The translations under genes were made by a program, and so were the position numbers. The notes beneath the pieces are model-generated. The model saw only the letters and a program-made list of their open reading frames with translations. It did no database searches and was not told where the DNA came from. A DNA stretch of 64,000 nt, from positions 16,058-80,057 of IMG/VR virus record IMGVR_UViG_3300001041_000017, one strand, 5' to 3'. The stretch comes from a virus. Positions 18,638 to 29,837 of this stretch are shown in pieces; position 1 is the first letter of the stretch; each line of letters begins with the position of its first letter.

Positions 18638-20635
18638 ATGTGGGTTGATTATTCTTCATATGTCCAATCTATTGTCGATGATTTAAGTACAGAGTTGTCG
18701 AAAAACGGTTGGAATAATTTTTTAAAGTATAGAATAAAAAATGGTTTTAATTTTGGAGAGGTTAGGCTTTTTAAGTCTCTAGGATCAGATCTCCAAACTA
18801 GATTTCTAGGAATTGTCTACGGATACAATACATCCAATTCATTGTTTAACGATAACAGAATTATTTTTAACGATTCCCCTTTAGGTTTAGTAGGACTTGG
18901 GGATGGGGTTAAAACTGATTTTCAATTAAAACTATATCCAGTTGATACTTCTATTTTTACTCTTTACAAAAATGGAGTAGAAATAAAATCAACAGATTAT
19001 ACATTAGAAAAAGAAAGAGGAAGGATAAGATTTTCTGTAGCACCAGAACTAAATAGTCTTATAACAGTAACATATAAATTAGGAAGTTCTGCTCCAGAGC
19101 CTCCTACTAAACTAATATTCTTTACTTTTAACAATATATTTTTAGAAAATCAGAGTTTAATACAAGATGGAGGAAGTCCGGTCTCAATAGGAACTGGTAA
19201 TGGTACTACCACAAAATTTCTTATACCTAATACTCCTATTAAACCAGATTCTCTTACTGTTTATCTCAATGGAGTAACTACCTCTAATTACACGATAGAT
19301 TACACCCTGGGAGAAGTGACATTTAATACTGCTCCATTATCTCAAGTAGAAATAACAGCAAAATACTTAATACTTTTCAACAGTGAATTAGATGTAACTA
19401 TAGGAACTGGGGATGGAGAAGAAACAGAATTCTCCGTACCTATAAAACCAATAAAAGAGGATTCTCTGTTAGAAGTTACGGTTGGTGGATTATTAAAAGA
19501 AATAGATACTGATTATACAGTTAACTATGTAGAAGGAATAATAGACTTTGAAAACGCTCCAGGAACAGGTCAAAAAATAGATGTTATATATACAACGACT
19601 ATTTATAATAGCACTTCTATAGGAGATTTTTCAGTAACTATTCCAGATATATCTTCAGCAACTTTTGATGGCTTAAATACTCAGTCTCTAATGGGGGCTG
19701 TTTATAATTCATTGAATTATTCATTCCCTTCACTTCCGACAGTTGTTTCTTTTACTTCGGAAACAAACTTTGGTAGAGGATGGCAGAGAGATAGTTCTAT
19801 CTATTTCTGGGGAAACATTAATAAGGATAGAATGATTTTATTTATAAGACCAGATCCGGCTGTAGGAGCAGAATTAGCCTACTTCTCCACTTTGTACGCT
19901 GGAAGACTACAAACAATAGGGAAATCTCCAAGAAAGAATATGGTTCTTATTGGTGGGTGTAAAGATACTGATGAAATTTTATGGTCAGCAAATAAAAAAC
20001 TTGGAAATTCCATAGTTGATTACGGACCGGGGACAAGTAATGGAAATTCTAGTCCTTTACTACAACAATCAATAGGTGGAGCATATTATCAAACTCATTA
20101 TTTTGCTTTTATAACTCACGACAAAGCAATAGATTCAGGAGAAGGAAGATACAATCCTTCGGTTTATTCCGGTAAATATCATTTATCTGAAATATATTTG
20201 GTTCATCCTAACGACGGGTATGTAGGAAAACTGGACGATGTTTTTGCTATGCACCCGAAAAATGTTTATCAAAATAATGAGTTTGAAATTCAGGAAGATG
20301 TCAGTCTTTATCAGGTTGGAACTGGTGACGGAATCAATAAGATATTCCATGTCCCTCATGCCCCTACAGGTGGGAAAGAGGGTCTTGTAGTAACAATCAA
20401 TAGTGAAGATGAATGTATTGAAACAACAGGTTTTGTTTATGACGAAGAAACAAAAACAATAACCTTAAATACAGCAGCAGTAAATAAAGCTATTATTTTG
20501 GTATCTTATTCTTACAACCATGTTTATAAATTTGTCTTACCTACGACTCCCAGAACCCCTTACAGAATAGATGGGATAACCCCATACAATCCTATTGGAC
20601 TGGCTGTATTCAAAGAAAAAGATCCTGTAGAATAA
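18638..20635 (+). CDS. Virion structural protein, divergent paralog 4, with four 'G.GDG...F' beta-sandwich repeats
   Basis: YNPSVYS and VHPNDGYVG motifs; repeats GLGDGVKTDF, GTGNGTTTKF, GTGDGEETEF and GTGDGINKIF. Confidence 0.65.
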   Translation: MWVDYSSYVQSIVDDLSTELSKNGWNNFLKYRIKNGFNFGEVRLFKSLGSDLQTRFLGIVYGYNTSNSLFNDNRIIFNDSPLGLVGLGDGVKTDFQLKLYPVDTSIFTLYKNGVEIKSTDYTLEKERGRIRFSVAPELNSLITVTYKLGSSAPEPPTKLIFFTFNNIFLENQSLIQDGGSPVSIGTGNGTTTKFLIPNTPIKPDSLTVYLNGVTTSNYTIDYTLGEVTFNTAPLSQVEITAKYLILFNSELDVTIGTGDGEETEFSVPIKPIKEDSLLEVTVGGLLKEIDTDYTVNYVEGIIDFENAPGTGQKIDVIYTTTIYNSTSIGDFSVTIPDISSATFDGLNTQSLMGAVYNSLNYSFPSLPTVVSFTSETNFGRGWQRDSSIYFWGNINKDRMILFIRPDPAVGAELAYFSTLYAGRLQTIGKSPRKNMVLIGGCKDTDEILWSANKKLGNSIVDYGPGTSNGNSSPLLQQSIGGAYYQTHYFAFITHDKAIDSGEGRYNPSVYSGKYHLSEIYLVHPNDGYVGKLDDVFAMHPKNVYQNNEFEIQEDVSLYQVGTGDGINKIFHVPHAPTGGKEGLVVTINSEDECIETTGFVYDEETKTITLNTAAVNKAIILVSYSYNHVYKFVLPTTPRTPYRIDGITPYNPIGLAVFKEKDPVE

Positions 20636-20653
20636 AATAAAGGGGAGACGATT

Positions 20654-23032
20654 ATGAAGAAAATTTATTCTTTGAGTATCGTCTCCCATACTTTTTTCAA
20701 AAAGTATGGGTTAGAATGTCCAATTCTTTTCTCAGGACAATACTTAAAGACTCCTCTTACCTTGCCCCATTATAGTAAATGTGATGGAAAGGAATTAAGG
20801 ATAAATAGAGGTTTTACTAGAAGGGTAGTTGAAGTTGAAAGCATTCTTTCTGACTTTGTAGAATCTATAAAAAAAGATATTCAAGAAATTGTAACTAATA
20901 ACGAAAAAAAATATGGAAACAAAGTAGGATATGTTTGGTTGGAATCTGAAAATAATTATTTTGATTTTTATAAAAAAGAATTAGAAGTAAAAGATATCCT
21001 TCAAGAGATAAAAGGATATCTGATAAATAATTTAGAAACAGTAATTATTGATGATAAAAAATCAGAAGTATTAAATAATTTAGAAATAGTAGAAATTGAG
21101 AGTAAAGATTCAAGAATGTTTAACAATTTAGAAACAGAGGTTAGTAATAGTCTTCAGGTTGGTATAGCAAGAGAAGTTATTGATACTGTAATTTATTTAA
21201 AAGATTCTAAGGAGGAAGTAGTCTCAGAAGTAGAAATAGATTCTGGAATTGATTCTGAGAAGGCTATTTTAATAGATGAGTTTGAAAAAGATTCTCTTAG
21301 CTCTTCTCAGAAAATAAATAATGAAATGTATTTTCAGCCAAACAATTTATTTAATCCAGAACTATCTTTTAAGGATAATATCTTGGAACTACCAGAAGAA
21401 ATTAAATCCTTTGATTTAGAGAATAAGGTAGTTATAGATATCCATTGGATTAAAGATTTAATGAGAAAAAGTTTAACAGCGGAGAATCCTTTAACCGAAA
21501 AAATCTTAAATATTCTCCAGGTCAATTATGGAGAAGATTTTGTTAAGAGTATGAATTTAGAAAGAATTATTCCAGAAGAAGAATTTTTACTTTCGGAAAC
21601 TTATTTATTGGAACCACATTACCCCTTATCAGAATTAATTTCTATAAGCTCTTCTGAAAGAATATCTCCAGAAATTCCATTCTCTATAATTCAAGAAAAA
21701 GAATTATCCAAAAAAGATATAGTTGTCTTTAATATTGATTCAAGCAAAGAGTTTGTCAATAATCAAACAGTTGAAATAGATTTAACATCTTCTCCAGAGT
21801 TTGATAAGAACAATATTTTTGAGTCAGAAATATCAGAAAATAAAGAAATGTCTTTGGAAAATAATCTTGTCTTAACGGTTTCAAATGATATCGTTTCAAA
21901 TAAAATAAATATTTCTGAGTCAATAATTGAAAACGGAAGAATGTTCTATAAAGATCAAATAGAAGAAGTTATCCCTTCTGATAGATTTATGGATTTTGCT
22001 AATTCAAATATTCACGAAATAAGGGGCGAAAGTATTATTGAGGGATCTCCCCACCAAAATTACAACGTATTTATTCCAGATAATTTCTTGGGGAATAGTC
22101 TTGTTTCTGAAATAGAGTCTATCGAAGATTATCTTACACAATTTAATAGAATTATTCCTATTGAGGAGTTATTAGAAAGTAAAATAATCTCTGGAGATAA
22201 AGGTCTGGTTGGTGAAGTTTATTTTCAGGAACTATTAAATCTTACTCCTTATAATATAAGAATAGTAGATGTTGAAAAAAGCAAATTAAGCACAAAGAAT
22301 GAAATATATGATTTTGAAATATTGAATAGCGAAAGTTTTTCAAGGAGAGAATCGTTAGAAGAATTCTCCCTTATAGATTTCTCAGAATTTAATCAACCAA
22401 GTATGATGTCAGAATTAATAGAACTACCTTCCGGAGCTACTCCAATACTTCGGGAAAATATTCTTTATGTCTTAGAAGACTTAATGGCAACAAGAAATAT
22501 TACTGAAAAATTTATAGTAGATTCTTTGGAGGAGATGAAAGGTAGGGCTATTTTAGAATCTGTTCTCTCTCCATTAATGAATTTTACAAAAAATAAAAAA
22601 GTTCTTCCGATAAAGATTAGAAAAAGAAAGCTATCAAGTCTAAAAAACAAAGAAATTATAACTAGGGTAACAGATTTTAAAGATATGGTTAGGGATAATA
22701 TTTTACCTATAGTTATACCTAAACAGAAAAAACTTCTTAGGTTAAATAATGAAATTATAACAGAATTGAAAGAGCAAAAAGAATTTGTTATTAATAGGCC
22801 AGAAATAATTATCAGAAAATCAAAAGATTCTTTTTTTAACAGAATAAACAAAGAGATACTTTTGATAAATGATTCAATAGAAAATGCTTTAAGGATAAAA
22901 CAAGTTATACCTATAAGTATAATTAAAGATGTTAATTTAACCGAGAAAGAAGAAGAAAGTAGTGAATTAATATGGCTCATAATGGGAAGACCTTATTTCT
23001 GGTCTAACTGGCCTGGAAAGAAAACAAGGTAG
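20654..23032 (+). CDS. Large acidic tail-module protein
   Basis: 792-aa ORF with RBS. Confidence 0.55.
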   Translation: MKKIYSLSIVSHTFFKKYGLECPILFSGQYLKTPLTLPHYSKCDGKELRINRGFTRRVVEVESILSDFVESIKKDIQEIVTNNEKKYGNKVGYVWLESENNYFDFYKKELEVKDILQEIKGYLINNLETVIIDDKKSEVLNNLEIVEIESKDSRMFNNLETEVSNSLQVGIAREVIDTVIYLKDSKEEVVSEVEIDSGIDSEKAILIDEFEKDSLSSSQKINNEMYFQPNNLFNPELSFKDNILELPEEIKSFDLENKVVIDIHWIKDLMRKSLTAENPLTEKILNILQVNYGEDFVKSMNLERIIPEEEFLLSETYLLEPHYPLSELISISSSERISPEIPFSIIQEKELSKKDIVVFNIDSSKEFVNNQTVEIDLTSSPEFDKNNIFESEISENKEMSLENNLVLTVSNDIVSNKINISESIIENGRMFYKDQIEEVIPSDRFMDFANSNIHEIRGESIIEGSPHQNYNVFIPDNFLGNSLVSEIESIEDYLTQFNRIIPIEELLESKIISGDKGLVGEVYFQELLNLTPYNIRIVDVEKSKLSTKNEIYDFEILNSESFSRRESLEEFSLIDFSEFNQPSMMSELIELPSGATPILRENILYVLEDLMATRNITEKFIVDSLEEMKGRAILESVLSPLMNFTKNKKVLPIKIRKRKLSSLKNKEIITRVTDFKDMVRDNILPIVIPKQKKLLRLNNEIITELKEQKEFVINRPEIIIRKSKDSFFNRINKEILLINDSIENALRIKQVIPISIIKDVNLTEKEEESSELIWLIMGRPYFWSNWPGKKTR

Positions 23033-23042
23033 GTGTTTAAGA

Positions 23043-24065
23043 TTGGGTTTATATAAATCAAGAAGTGGCCTTTATTTCGAAGATACTTTTAGAAGTCTAA
23101 ATGATAGGTGGAAATTTTCTTCAGAAAACTATTCTCTAGGAATTGATTATTTGAGATTAATACAATCGGATGTAGAATGTTTCGCTTTATTTGATCTTCC
23201 GGCAGAAAATAATATTGTCATAGACATCTATTCCGACTTCGCTCCTCAAGATAATATTTCACAAGCTGGACTATTGGTTTGGAGGAATTCCTATGAGAGA
23301 TTAGAATTATTGAAAGATTTAGATTTAGCGGAAGAAGATTTTATAGGTTTTAGAACAGTAAAAGAAAATGGTCTTTGGTCTTTCTATGGAATACAGGAGA
23401 ACGGTATTAAATTTATAGACAAGACAGAGTTTCTAGGGGCTATATCCTGTGGCTTTATCTTAAAACAAGGAAACATACCTTTTGATGTTAAAAGGGTCTT
23501 AGTAAGCCTTGGAGACTCATTAAAAATAAGAAACATATTACCAGGACAAGTTGTTGAATTATATGATAGTGAATCAGTATTGATAGAATCAAAAGTTGTT
23601 CCAGATGATAGTAATGGTTTAGATTTTACATTATCGACAATGCCTCTCAATGGAAGAGTAATATTAAAAGATGAATTAAGTAACGAGTTAGATAATTTAG
23701 AAACAATTTTTTCTGGTGGAGATGTTTACGAATCTGGATCATATCTTCAAGTATTGAAAGATGGACAAGAATTGTCAACGACAGACCTAACAAACTTGGG
23801 GATTATGCGAAATGGAGTTTTAGAAATTCCTTTGCAGCTTTTCAATCCTAAAACAGAGACTACAGCTACAAACATAAATATTTTTACAGAACAATATGAA
23901 ACAAAGTTCGGATACCAATGGGTAACTATAAATGGTTTAGAATCCTTAAGTCTTGGTTTTCTAAATCCTCTTGGTCTTTTTGATTTTACGATAAAAGTTG
24001 AACAATCAGACGATTATTCTGGTCCTCTTCCATTGTTTTTTAATTTGGGGGTGGATCACAGATGA
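23043..24065 (+). CDS. Tail protein with ConA/LamG-like N-terminal domain
   Basis: 'F.D.F..L..RW', 'QAGLLVW' beta-sandwich pattern. Confidence 0.5.
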   Translation: MGLYKSRSGLYFEDTFRSLNDRWKFSSENYSLGIDYLRLIQSDVECFALFDLPAENNIVIDIYSDFAPQDNISQAGLLVWRNSYERLELLKDLDLAEEDFIGFRTVKENGLWSFYGIQENGIKFIDKTEFLGAISCGFILKQGNIPFDVKRVLVSLGDSLKIRNILPGQVVELYDSESVLIESKVVPDDSNGLDFTLSTMPLNGRVILKDELSNELDNLETIFSGGDVYESGSYLQVLKDGQELSTTDLTNLGIMRNGVLEIPLQLFNPKTETTATNINIFTEQYETKFGYQWVTINGLESLSLGFLNPLGLFDFTIKVEQSDDYSGPLPLFFNLGVDHR

Positions 24066-24430
24066 GATTGAAATTAAACATCATTTCAGGAGAACTCATA
24101 AAAGAAGAATATAAATTGTTTGATGTTTCTCCAGGAGATGTTGAAAGATTCTGGTTTCCCTATTATCCTTACGGAATTATTAAAGGAATAAAAGTTATCG
24201 GGACAGCCGGAGTTATGGGTTTTAATGTTTCTGTCTTTACAGACGAAACAGAAAAGAATCCAATTTATTATTCTGGATCTGTTAATACGATTTTGTGGGA
24301 CATTATGGACATTCCGGTTATTGACGAAACAGGAATGGAAAGAGTTTACGTTGTTTTGAAAAGCGAGAATTCACCAGAATCAATTATAGGTGATTTTCAT
24401 ATGGAAATCTATACACAGAGGAGGTTGTAA
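24062..24430 (+). CDS. Tail-module hypothetical protein
   Basis: Translationally coupled ORF. Confidence 0.55.
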   Translation: MRLKLNIISGELIKEEYKLFDVSPGDVERFWFPYYPYGIIKGIKVIGTAGVMGFNVSVFTDETEKNPIYYSGSVNTILWDIMDIPVIDETGMERVYVVLKSENSPESIIGDFHMEIYTQRRL

Positions 24431-24435
24431 CAATT

Positions 24436-24951
24436 ATGGCAGGACCGCCAGATGTACGTTGGTATGATAAAGATAGTATTGCTGAAGTAGTAGGTGGTTG
24501 GGATGCCGGAACAGTAGATGCCGGAGGAGAATCTGTTCCGGCAGTATTTCATATTTGGAATAACAAAGGTGGGGCAGAGACACTTTCAGATATGCAGGAC
24601 GTTACAATAACCACGAAAAGTTATGTTCCTGGAGATGAGGCAGCCTCCGGCAAGGATGAAGGACCGGTAGCAACAAAATCTCAAGCTTCTGTTTTTGCAT
24701 TATTCGAGACAGATGCAGGTTGGATTTCATCATTGGGAAATGGTGTTTATGAAGAGGTTGGAGGATCTGATACGGCTGTAGTCTACAGTAGGTCAGGTGT
24801 TGCCGGGATTATAAAGGGAACCTTAAATAATGGCGACGTTTTAACCAACAAAGCTAATTATTCCAAAGTCAAATTAAAACTTGTAGCAAAAGCAGATGCG
24901 GCAGCAGGTCAAATTTGGTGGTTAACAAGATTTAGTTACAAATACGTCTAA
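24436..24951 (+). CDS. Probable abundant virion protein
   Basis: 'WD.GTVDAG..S....F.IWNNKGG' motif; followed by a terminator-like hairpin at 24960-25003. Confidence 0.55.
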   Translation: MAGPPDVRWYDKDSIAEVVGGWDAGTVDAGGESVPAVFHIWNNKGGAETLSDMQDVTITTKSYVPGDEAASGKDEGPVATKSQASVFALFETDAGWISSLGNGVYEEVGGSDTAVVYSRSGVAGIIKGTLNNGDVLTNKANYSKVKLKLVAKADAAAGQIWWLTRFSYKYV

Positions 24952-25026
24952 GAATTAATAAAGCGGTGGTTTGGCTTAATAGCCGGATCTCCGCTTTATT
25001 TTTATGTTAAGGGAGATGATTTATTT

Positions 25027-25779
25027 ATGTTATGGAATGCTCAGTTGAAAGATGGTTTATTCATAAGCGAAATACAGAATGGTAAAAGAAATGACTTCTT
25101 GGATATACCAAAAGAAAATATTGAAAAAATAGTAGTGAAAGAATCAAATGCTTTAAGCAATATTTCTTTTTCAGCAGATGAAGGAATTTTTGACTTTAAT
25201 AATCTTGATTTTTCAAAACTTCAAGAATTAGAAGAAGGAAAAGAATTTAAGTTTGTTTATAATAAAGAAAAAGGAAAGTTTTTATTAGATACAGACTCCA
25301 GGAATACTCTTTTGGATTTAATTTTAAAGCAAGAATATCAAGATTATATAAGCCTTAATTCTAAAGGATTTTTTGAAATAAATAGGGAACCTTATTTCAT
25401 TAGTTTGAAGGAAGATAAATCAGATGAAGAATTGTTGGTGTCAGACGGTTCTTTAGGTTTTATTTATTTCAAAGAAGGATATACGAATTTTATTGGGAAT
25501 ACGGGAAATGTTATTCCTCTGAAAAAATCTATGGGGAATATGTCTTACAATTTAGGTTATGAAAAAGAATATATTTTGGATGATTTGAAGTTTTACGTTA
25601 AAAATATCGTGTCATATAATGTATCTCAGAGAGGTATATTTATGGATTTGATTATGAAATGTAATAGAAAAGATTTTAAAGTAGACTTAGATATTGTTTA
25701 TGGTTCAAAAGTACATACTATTAATTTTATGTTTAGAGGAGATCCGGTAAGAATATCAAGAACAATATGTATGATATAG
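25027..25779 (+). CDS. Hypothetical protein
   Basis: ORF with RBS. Confidence 0.55.
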   Translation: MLWNAQLKDGLFISEIQNGKRNDFLDIPKENIEKIVVKESNALSNISFSADEGIFDFNNLDFSKLQELEEGKEFKFVYNKEKGKFLLDTDSRNTLLDLILKQEYQDYISLNSKGFFEINREPYFISLKEDKSDEELLVSDGSLGFIYFKEGYTNFIGNTGNVIPLKKSMGNMSYNLGYEKEYILDDLKFYVKNIVSYNVSQRGIFMDLIMKCNRKDFKVDLDIVYGSKVHTINFMFRGDPVRISRTICMI

Positions 25780-25792
25780 AGGTGATTTAATT

Positions 25793-26458
25793 ATGTGTCC
25801 GATCCCGGCAACAAGCGGAATTTTAAGATCAAGCATTTATGATATGCAAGTTGGCGATTATATTCCTTTCAGATGGACAGCATTAACATCTGGAATAGTA
25901 GGTTTCCCTAGTGAATTAGGTACTTGTACGGTTACAGAAATTACAACCGCAGGATATGATATACCTACCATTGATGGAAAAGCCTTTTTACTTAAAGCAG
26001 ATAAAGGTTTGTTAATAGGTGATAGAACTGTTCAAACGAATATTTCATGGAATAATTTGAATGCAGCTGGGTATATAGAAGGTAAAATATATACATTCTC
26101 ATCAAAACAAATCCTATTACGATCTCTTTCAGGTGGTTGTTCCTATTCAGATGTTAATGGAGAAAAAAGTTCTTCTAATCAAGGTAAAGGTGGTTGGCCT
26201 ACTATAAACGAATGGGATACGTATATAATTAAATCTGATTTAGGTGGAAAAATAATTCCGGCAGCAGACAATGTTTGGAACGCAAACACTAGATATAGTT
26301 TTACAAAAGATACTCCAATATTAGGTATAGCAGCATCCTCTAATAGAGTAGTTCGTGTATCAAATTCTTTTGTTAATATTGATTGTGGATATTTGGCAGC
26401 AAATATGGGCTATCGTCCAGTATTAGAGTTTAAAGAAGATGGTAGCGGTGTATGGTAA
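25793..26458 (+). CDS. Putative receptor-binding/lectin-like tail protein
   Basis: Single domain (DR.VQ..ISW..LN; NEWD.YI; GYRP) paralogous to an internal domain of the next gene. Confidence 0.55.
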   Translation: MCPIPATSGILRSSIYDMQVGDYIPFRWTALTSGIVGFPSELGTCTVTEITTAGYDIPTIDGKAFLLKADKGLLIGDRTVQTNISWNNLNAAGYIEGKIYTFSSKQILLRSLSGGCSYSDVNGEKSSSNQGKGGWPTINEWDTYIIKSDLGGKIIPAADNVWNANTRYSFTKDTPILGIAASSNRVVRVSNSFVNIDCGYLAANMGYRPVLEFKEDGSGVW

Positions 26459-26477
26459 TAAAAGGTGGTGATATGAT

Positions 26478-29400
26478 TTGGCGACAGTAGGGCAACAGTT
26501 ATTATCTCCAGAAACAGGATGGACGAGAGTAAACGACACTGATAGTAGACTTGTATATAGTAGTGGATGGTTATTGGACGCATCTGTTTCTGGCTCGTAT
26601 AGAGGAAATTATCACTATACGAATTTGGTTAATGCAACAATGTCCTTTTCTTTCAACGGAACAGGTTTGAGATTTGTAGGAGCAATACATCCTAATAGAA
26701 GCAATAATATCACAGTAATTATTGATGGAATATCTTATCCTTCAAGTGAATACGGTAGTTCGTATCAATTACAAACGCTATGGTTTGAAAAAATAGATCT
26801 ATCTGATACAAGACATGATGTTGTACTGAAATTAAATAATAATGCATATTTAGATCTGGATGCTATAGATATCTATACCCCTCCAAAAACAACTTTAGCA
26901 AATTGTATGTCTCTTGGAGATAAAATAATTTGTAAATACACTGCTACTTCAAATTCTTTTGGAGTTTTCAGCCAGTTAGGAGTTTCTACAGCAAGTTTAC
27001 TTCCAGCAAGTGCCGTATCTAATCCTGATGGAAGCTTTTTTCTAACATTAGTAGGATGGGACAGTTTAGGTAGAAAGAAATTTGTAGCTGACAGAAATAT
27101 TCAATCTTCTATTAGTTGGGATACTTTAAATACTTCTGGAGTTTCTTCAGCTAGTGGAGTCCCTGTTAAAATAGATTCGTTAACAGACGTAATAGTTCGA
27201 CTACCATCCGGGGGATGGGACAATAGTAGTAAGGAAAATGAATGGGATAAGTACATAACAGAAAGTACACTTGGAGGATTAATAGTTCCAGGAGATATTG
27301 TATTCTGGAATTTAGGTTCGTTTTATTGTATAACATCTTCAAGAAGAAATATATCTGAATCTTTACCGAATTATATATCTATTAGAGGGTATGGTAGTGC
27401 AGGATATAGAGATGCTTGTAGAACTGACGAAGTTAATGCAATATTTGGATTTAGACCTCTATTTATTGATAATTCACCACTGGGTTTTGATATAGTTTCA
27501 GTTTCTACTTTATCAGATATAACAGTAGCAAACGGAACAGACTTAACTTCTATAATACTACCAACAGTTGTTACAGTCATACTTAGTAATGATACAGCAC
27601 AAGAATTAGCTGTAATATGGAATACTAGCAGCTATAATAAAAATATAGCCGGATCATGTACTTTTGTTGGTGAATTAGCATTAATAGAAGAGGTATTAAA
27701 TCCTAGCAATATAACTGCAAGTATAAATATAATAGTTTTAGCTGCTAATATTACATCCATTCAAAGTATCTTTGAATCAAACATATTTGTCAAATACGGA
27801 ACAGACATAAACTCCTTGGGATTACTACAATCAACAGATGTTTTATTAAGTAATGGTTTAACATCTACATTACAAATAGTTTGGAATAGTAATCCTACTT
27901 ATAATCCAGAAACAGCCGGAAATTATGTTTTCACAGGAATATTAATCTTACCGGAAGGAATAGCTAATCCTAGTAATTTAAAAATAACAATAACAGTAAC
28001 AGTAAAACCTCTTGGAATAACTATTCAAACTTCAACAGGAATAATAAGAGTAGCAAAAGAAAAAGAAATAACTTCACAACTAGGAATATTTTCACCCAGA
28101 ATATTTAAAGGAATTACTTCTGGTGTAAGTATTGAGTTAGTGAAAGGTCCAAGATATTACTGTGAAAGATCTACATATATTTCTTCTAGTGAAAGATTAC
28201 TGAACTTCAATTCAGACGATATATTAAAAATAGGGTCAGGAAATCATAGCTTATTCAAAATACCTCTGAACAAAAGTTTGGGGTACATATCAAAAGCACT
28301 ACTAAAATTAAATGTAAAAACAATAGTAAATAATTTAGATATACCAGGAAGAATCAGTATCTATAGAATCAACAACTTAACAGACTGGAATGAAGAAACC
28401 GTAACTTATAACAGTGGAATATCTTATGATACCTCTAATGTTTTAAACATATTTTTTGAGAATGAACAGCCTGGAGAAGTAGTTATTGATATAACTCAGA
28501 TAATTAAAAATATTGACAATAGCGATAATGATTTTGGCTTCGCTATTTACTCTAGCGACATTTATTTAGAAATTGATAAATCAGAAATAGTTATGAATAC
28601 AGAGGTTATTCCTACTGAGATAGATTTTCCTAGTCAAATATATCCCAATCTAGTTTATCTAAAATGGAAAGATGTAAGAGTCCCTTTTGGAACATTTACA
28701 AAAACCTACGTATTAAGAAGCAAGACAGAATTATTAGATTTTGATGCTAGTAAGGTTATTTTTGAAACAAATAATATAAACGAAACAGAATATACAGACG
28801 ATAATCCTCCCGAAAAAGATACTCATTATTATTACTATGTATATATAGAACAGCCAGAATTGAATTATTATTTCAGAGAAAACGCTGTATCAGCAGTAGT
28901 AAAAGAATTTGTTTCAGAATCAGATGATTGTTCTGCTGAAACGAACTTTACAATAAGCCCAGAAACGACAGAAATTATTTCTGGTAAAATTAAACCCAAA
29001 GAAGGTAGTTCTTCTATTGTTGTTTTTAATTATGAGAATTTTGATTGGGAAGAGTTTAATCATTTACTAATAGAATGTTCAAAAGATTGTAGATTTTTGA
29101 TAAATACAGAATCAAATCTTTGGTTCAAATATACTTATGGTATTTTTGTAGAAACAGATGAAATTATAAATGGGAATACTTCAGACGAATTAAACAATAT
29201 GTTCTATGAGGACTGGAATAAGTCTTGGATTTTTAATAAGTTGAATATTAAGATATTTATACCGGAGAACGGTTTCTTGGATAGAATAAATATAAGTTAT
29301 AGAAAGAACAGAGAAATAGTTTTAGAAAAAGGATCTCCTGAAATATATTTGCCAATACCAAAAAATAATTTCAGATATATTCTTCAGCTAGATAATTCTT

Positions 29401-29837
29401 ATGAATTGTGGATTATGAAAGGTCTAAGCTTTGATGATGTTCAGACTGATTATGATTTTTATACCGGTCCAGACAAAGTTAAAATAAGACCTCTAGATGC
29501 CGGAAATCTTATTGGTAAATTATATTCAAATATTTATCCTGTTGAATTGATTAACTCATATACAAACAGTAACTTTAATATCAGATTGATAGTATCACAA
29601 AATGGAATTGCAGCTAAAAAAGTAGGAGACTATTGTTTGTTAAATGATTCAGAAATAGAGGATCAAAAAACCAAAATAGAGTTAAGTCTAAGTGGTGAGA
29701 ATTTCAGACCTCAGTATCCTCTAAATGTAGTTTTATTTTCTGGAGAGAAAAAGAATTTCTATGTGAGAATATACCCGACAGAATTAGTTTCTGGTAATTC
29801 TCAATTTCAAATACAAGCATTTTTGGAACCTATATAA
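26478..29837 (+). CDS. Multidomain tail fibre/adhesin (carbohydrate-binding-like, lectin-like, two Ig-like, DNRLRE-like)
   Basis: 'F.FNGTG.R' domain, 'ADRNIQ..ISWD.LN...GFRP' domain, two 'V..GT....L.LP..V' Ig-like repeats and 'W.EETVTYN'. Confidence 0.65.
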   Translation: MATVGQQLLSPETGWTRVNDTDSRLVYSSGWLLDASVSGSYRGNYHYTNLVNATMSFSFNGTGLRFVGAIHPNRSNNITVIIDGISYPSSEYGSSYQLQTLWFEKIDLSDTRHDVVLKLNNNAYLDLDAIDIYTPPKTTLANCMSLGDKIICKYTATSNSFGVFSQLGVSTASLLPASAVSNPDGSFFLTLVGWDSLGRKKFVADRNIQSSISWDTLNTSGVSSASGVPVKIDSLTDVIVRLPSGGWDNSSKENEWDKYITESTLGGLIVPGDIVFWNLGSFYCITSSRRNISESLPNYISIRGYGSAGYRDACRTDEVNAIFGFRPLFIDNSPLGFDIVSVSTLSDITVANGTDLTSIILPTVVTVILSNDTAQELAVIWNTSSYNKNIAGSCTFVGELALIEEVLNPSNITASINIIVLAANITSIQSIFESNIFVKYGTDINSLGLLQSTDVLLSNGLTSTLQIVWNSNPTYNPETAGNYVFTGILILPEGIANPSNLKITITVTVKPLGITIQTSTGIIRVAKEKEITSQLGIFSPRIFKGITSGVSIELVKGPRYYCERSTYISSSERLLNFNSDDILKIGSGNHSLFKIPLNKSLGYISKALLKLNVKTIVNNLDIPGRISIYRINNLTDWNEETVTYNSGISYDTSNVLNIFFENEQPGEVVIDITQIIKNIDNSDNDFGFAIYSSDIYLEIDKSEIVMNTEVIPTEIDFPSQIYPNLVYLKWKDVRVPFGTFTKTYVLRSKTELLDFDASKVIFETNNINETEYTDDNPPEKDTHYYYYVYIEQPELNYYFRENAVSAVVKEFVSESDDCSAETNFTISPETTEIISGKIKPKEGSSSIVVFNYENFDWEEFNHLLIECSKDCRFLINTESNLWFKYTYGIFVETDEIINGNTSDELNNMFYEDWNKSWIFNKLNIKIFIPENGFLDRINISYRKNREIVLEKGSPEIYLPIPKNNFRYILQLDNSYELWIMKGLSFDDVQTDYDFYTGPDKVKIRPLDAGNLIGKLYSNIYPVELINSYTNSNFNIRLIVSQNGIAAKKVGDYCLLNDSEIEDQKTKIELSLSGENFRPQYPLNVVLFSGEKKNFYVRIYPTELVSGNSQFQIQAFLEPI

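Noticed and set aside
25793-29837. Diversity-generating retroelement
   Set aside because: No reverse transcriptase and no template/variable repeat pair is visible in the window.
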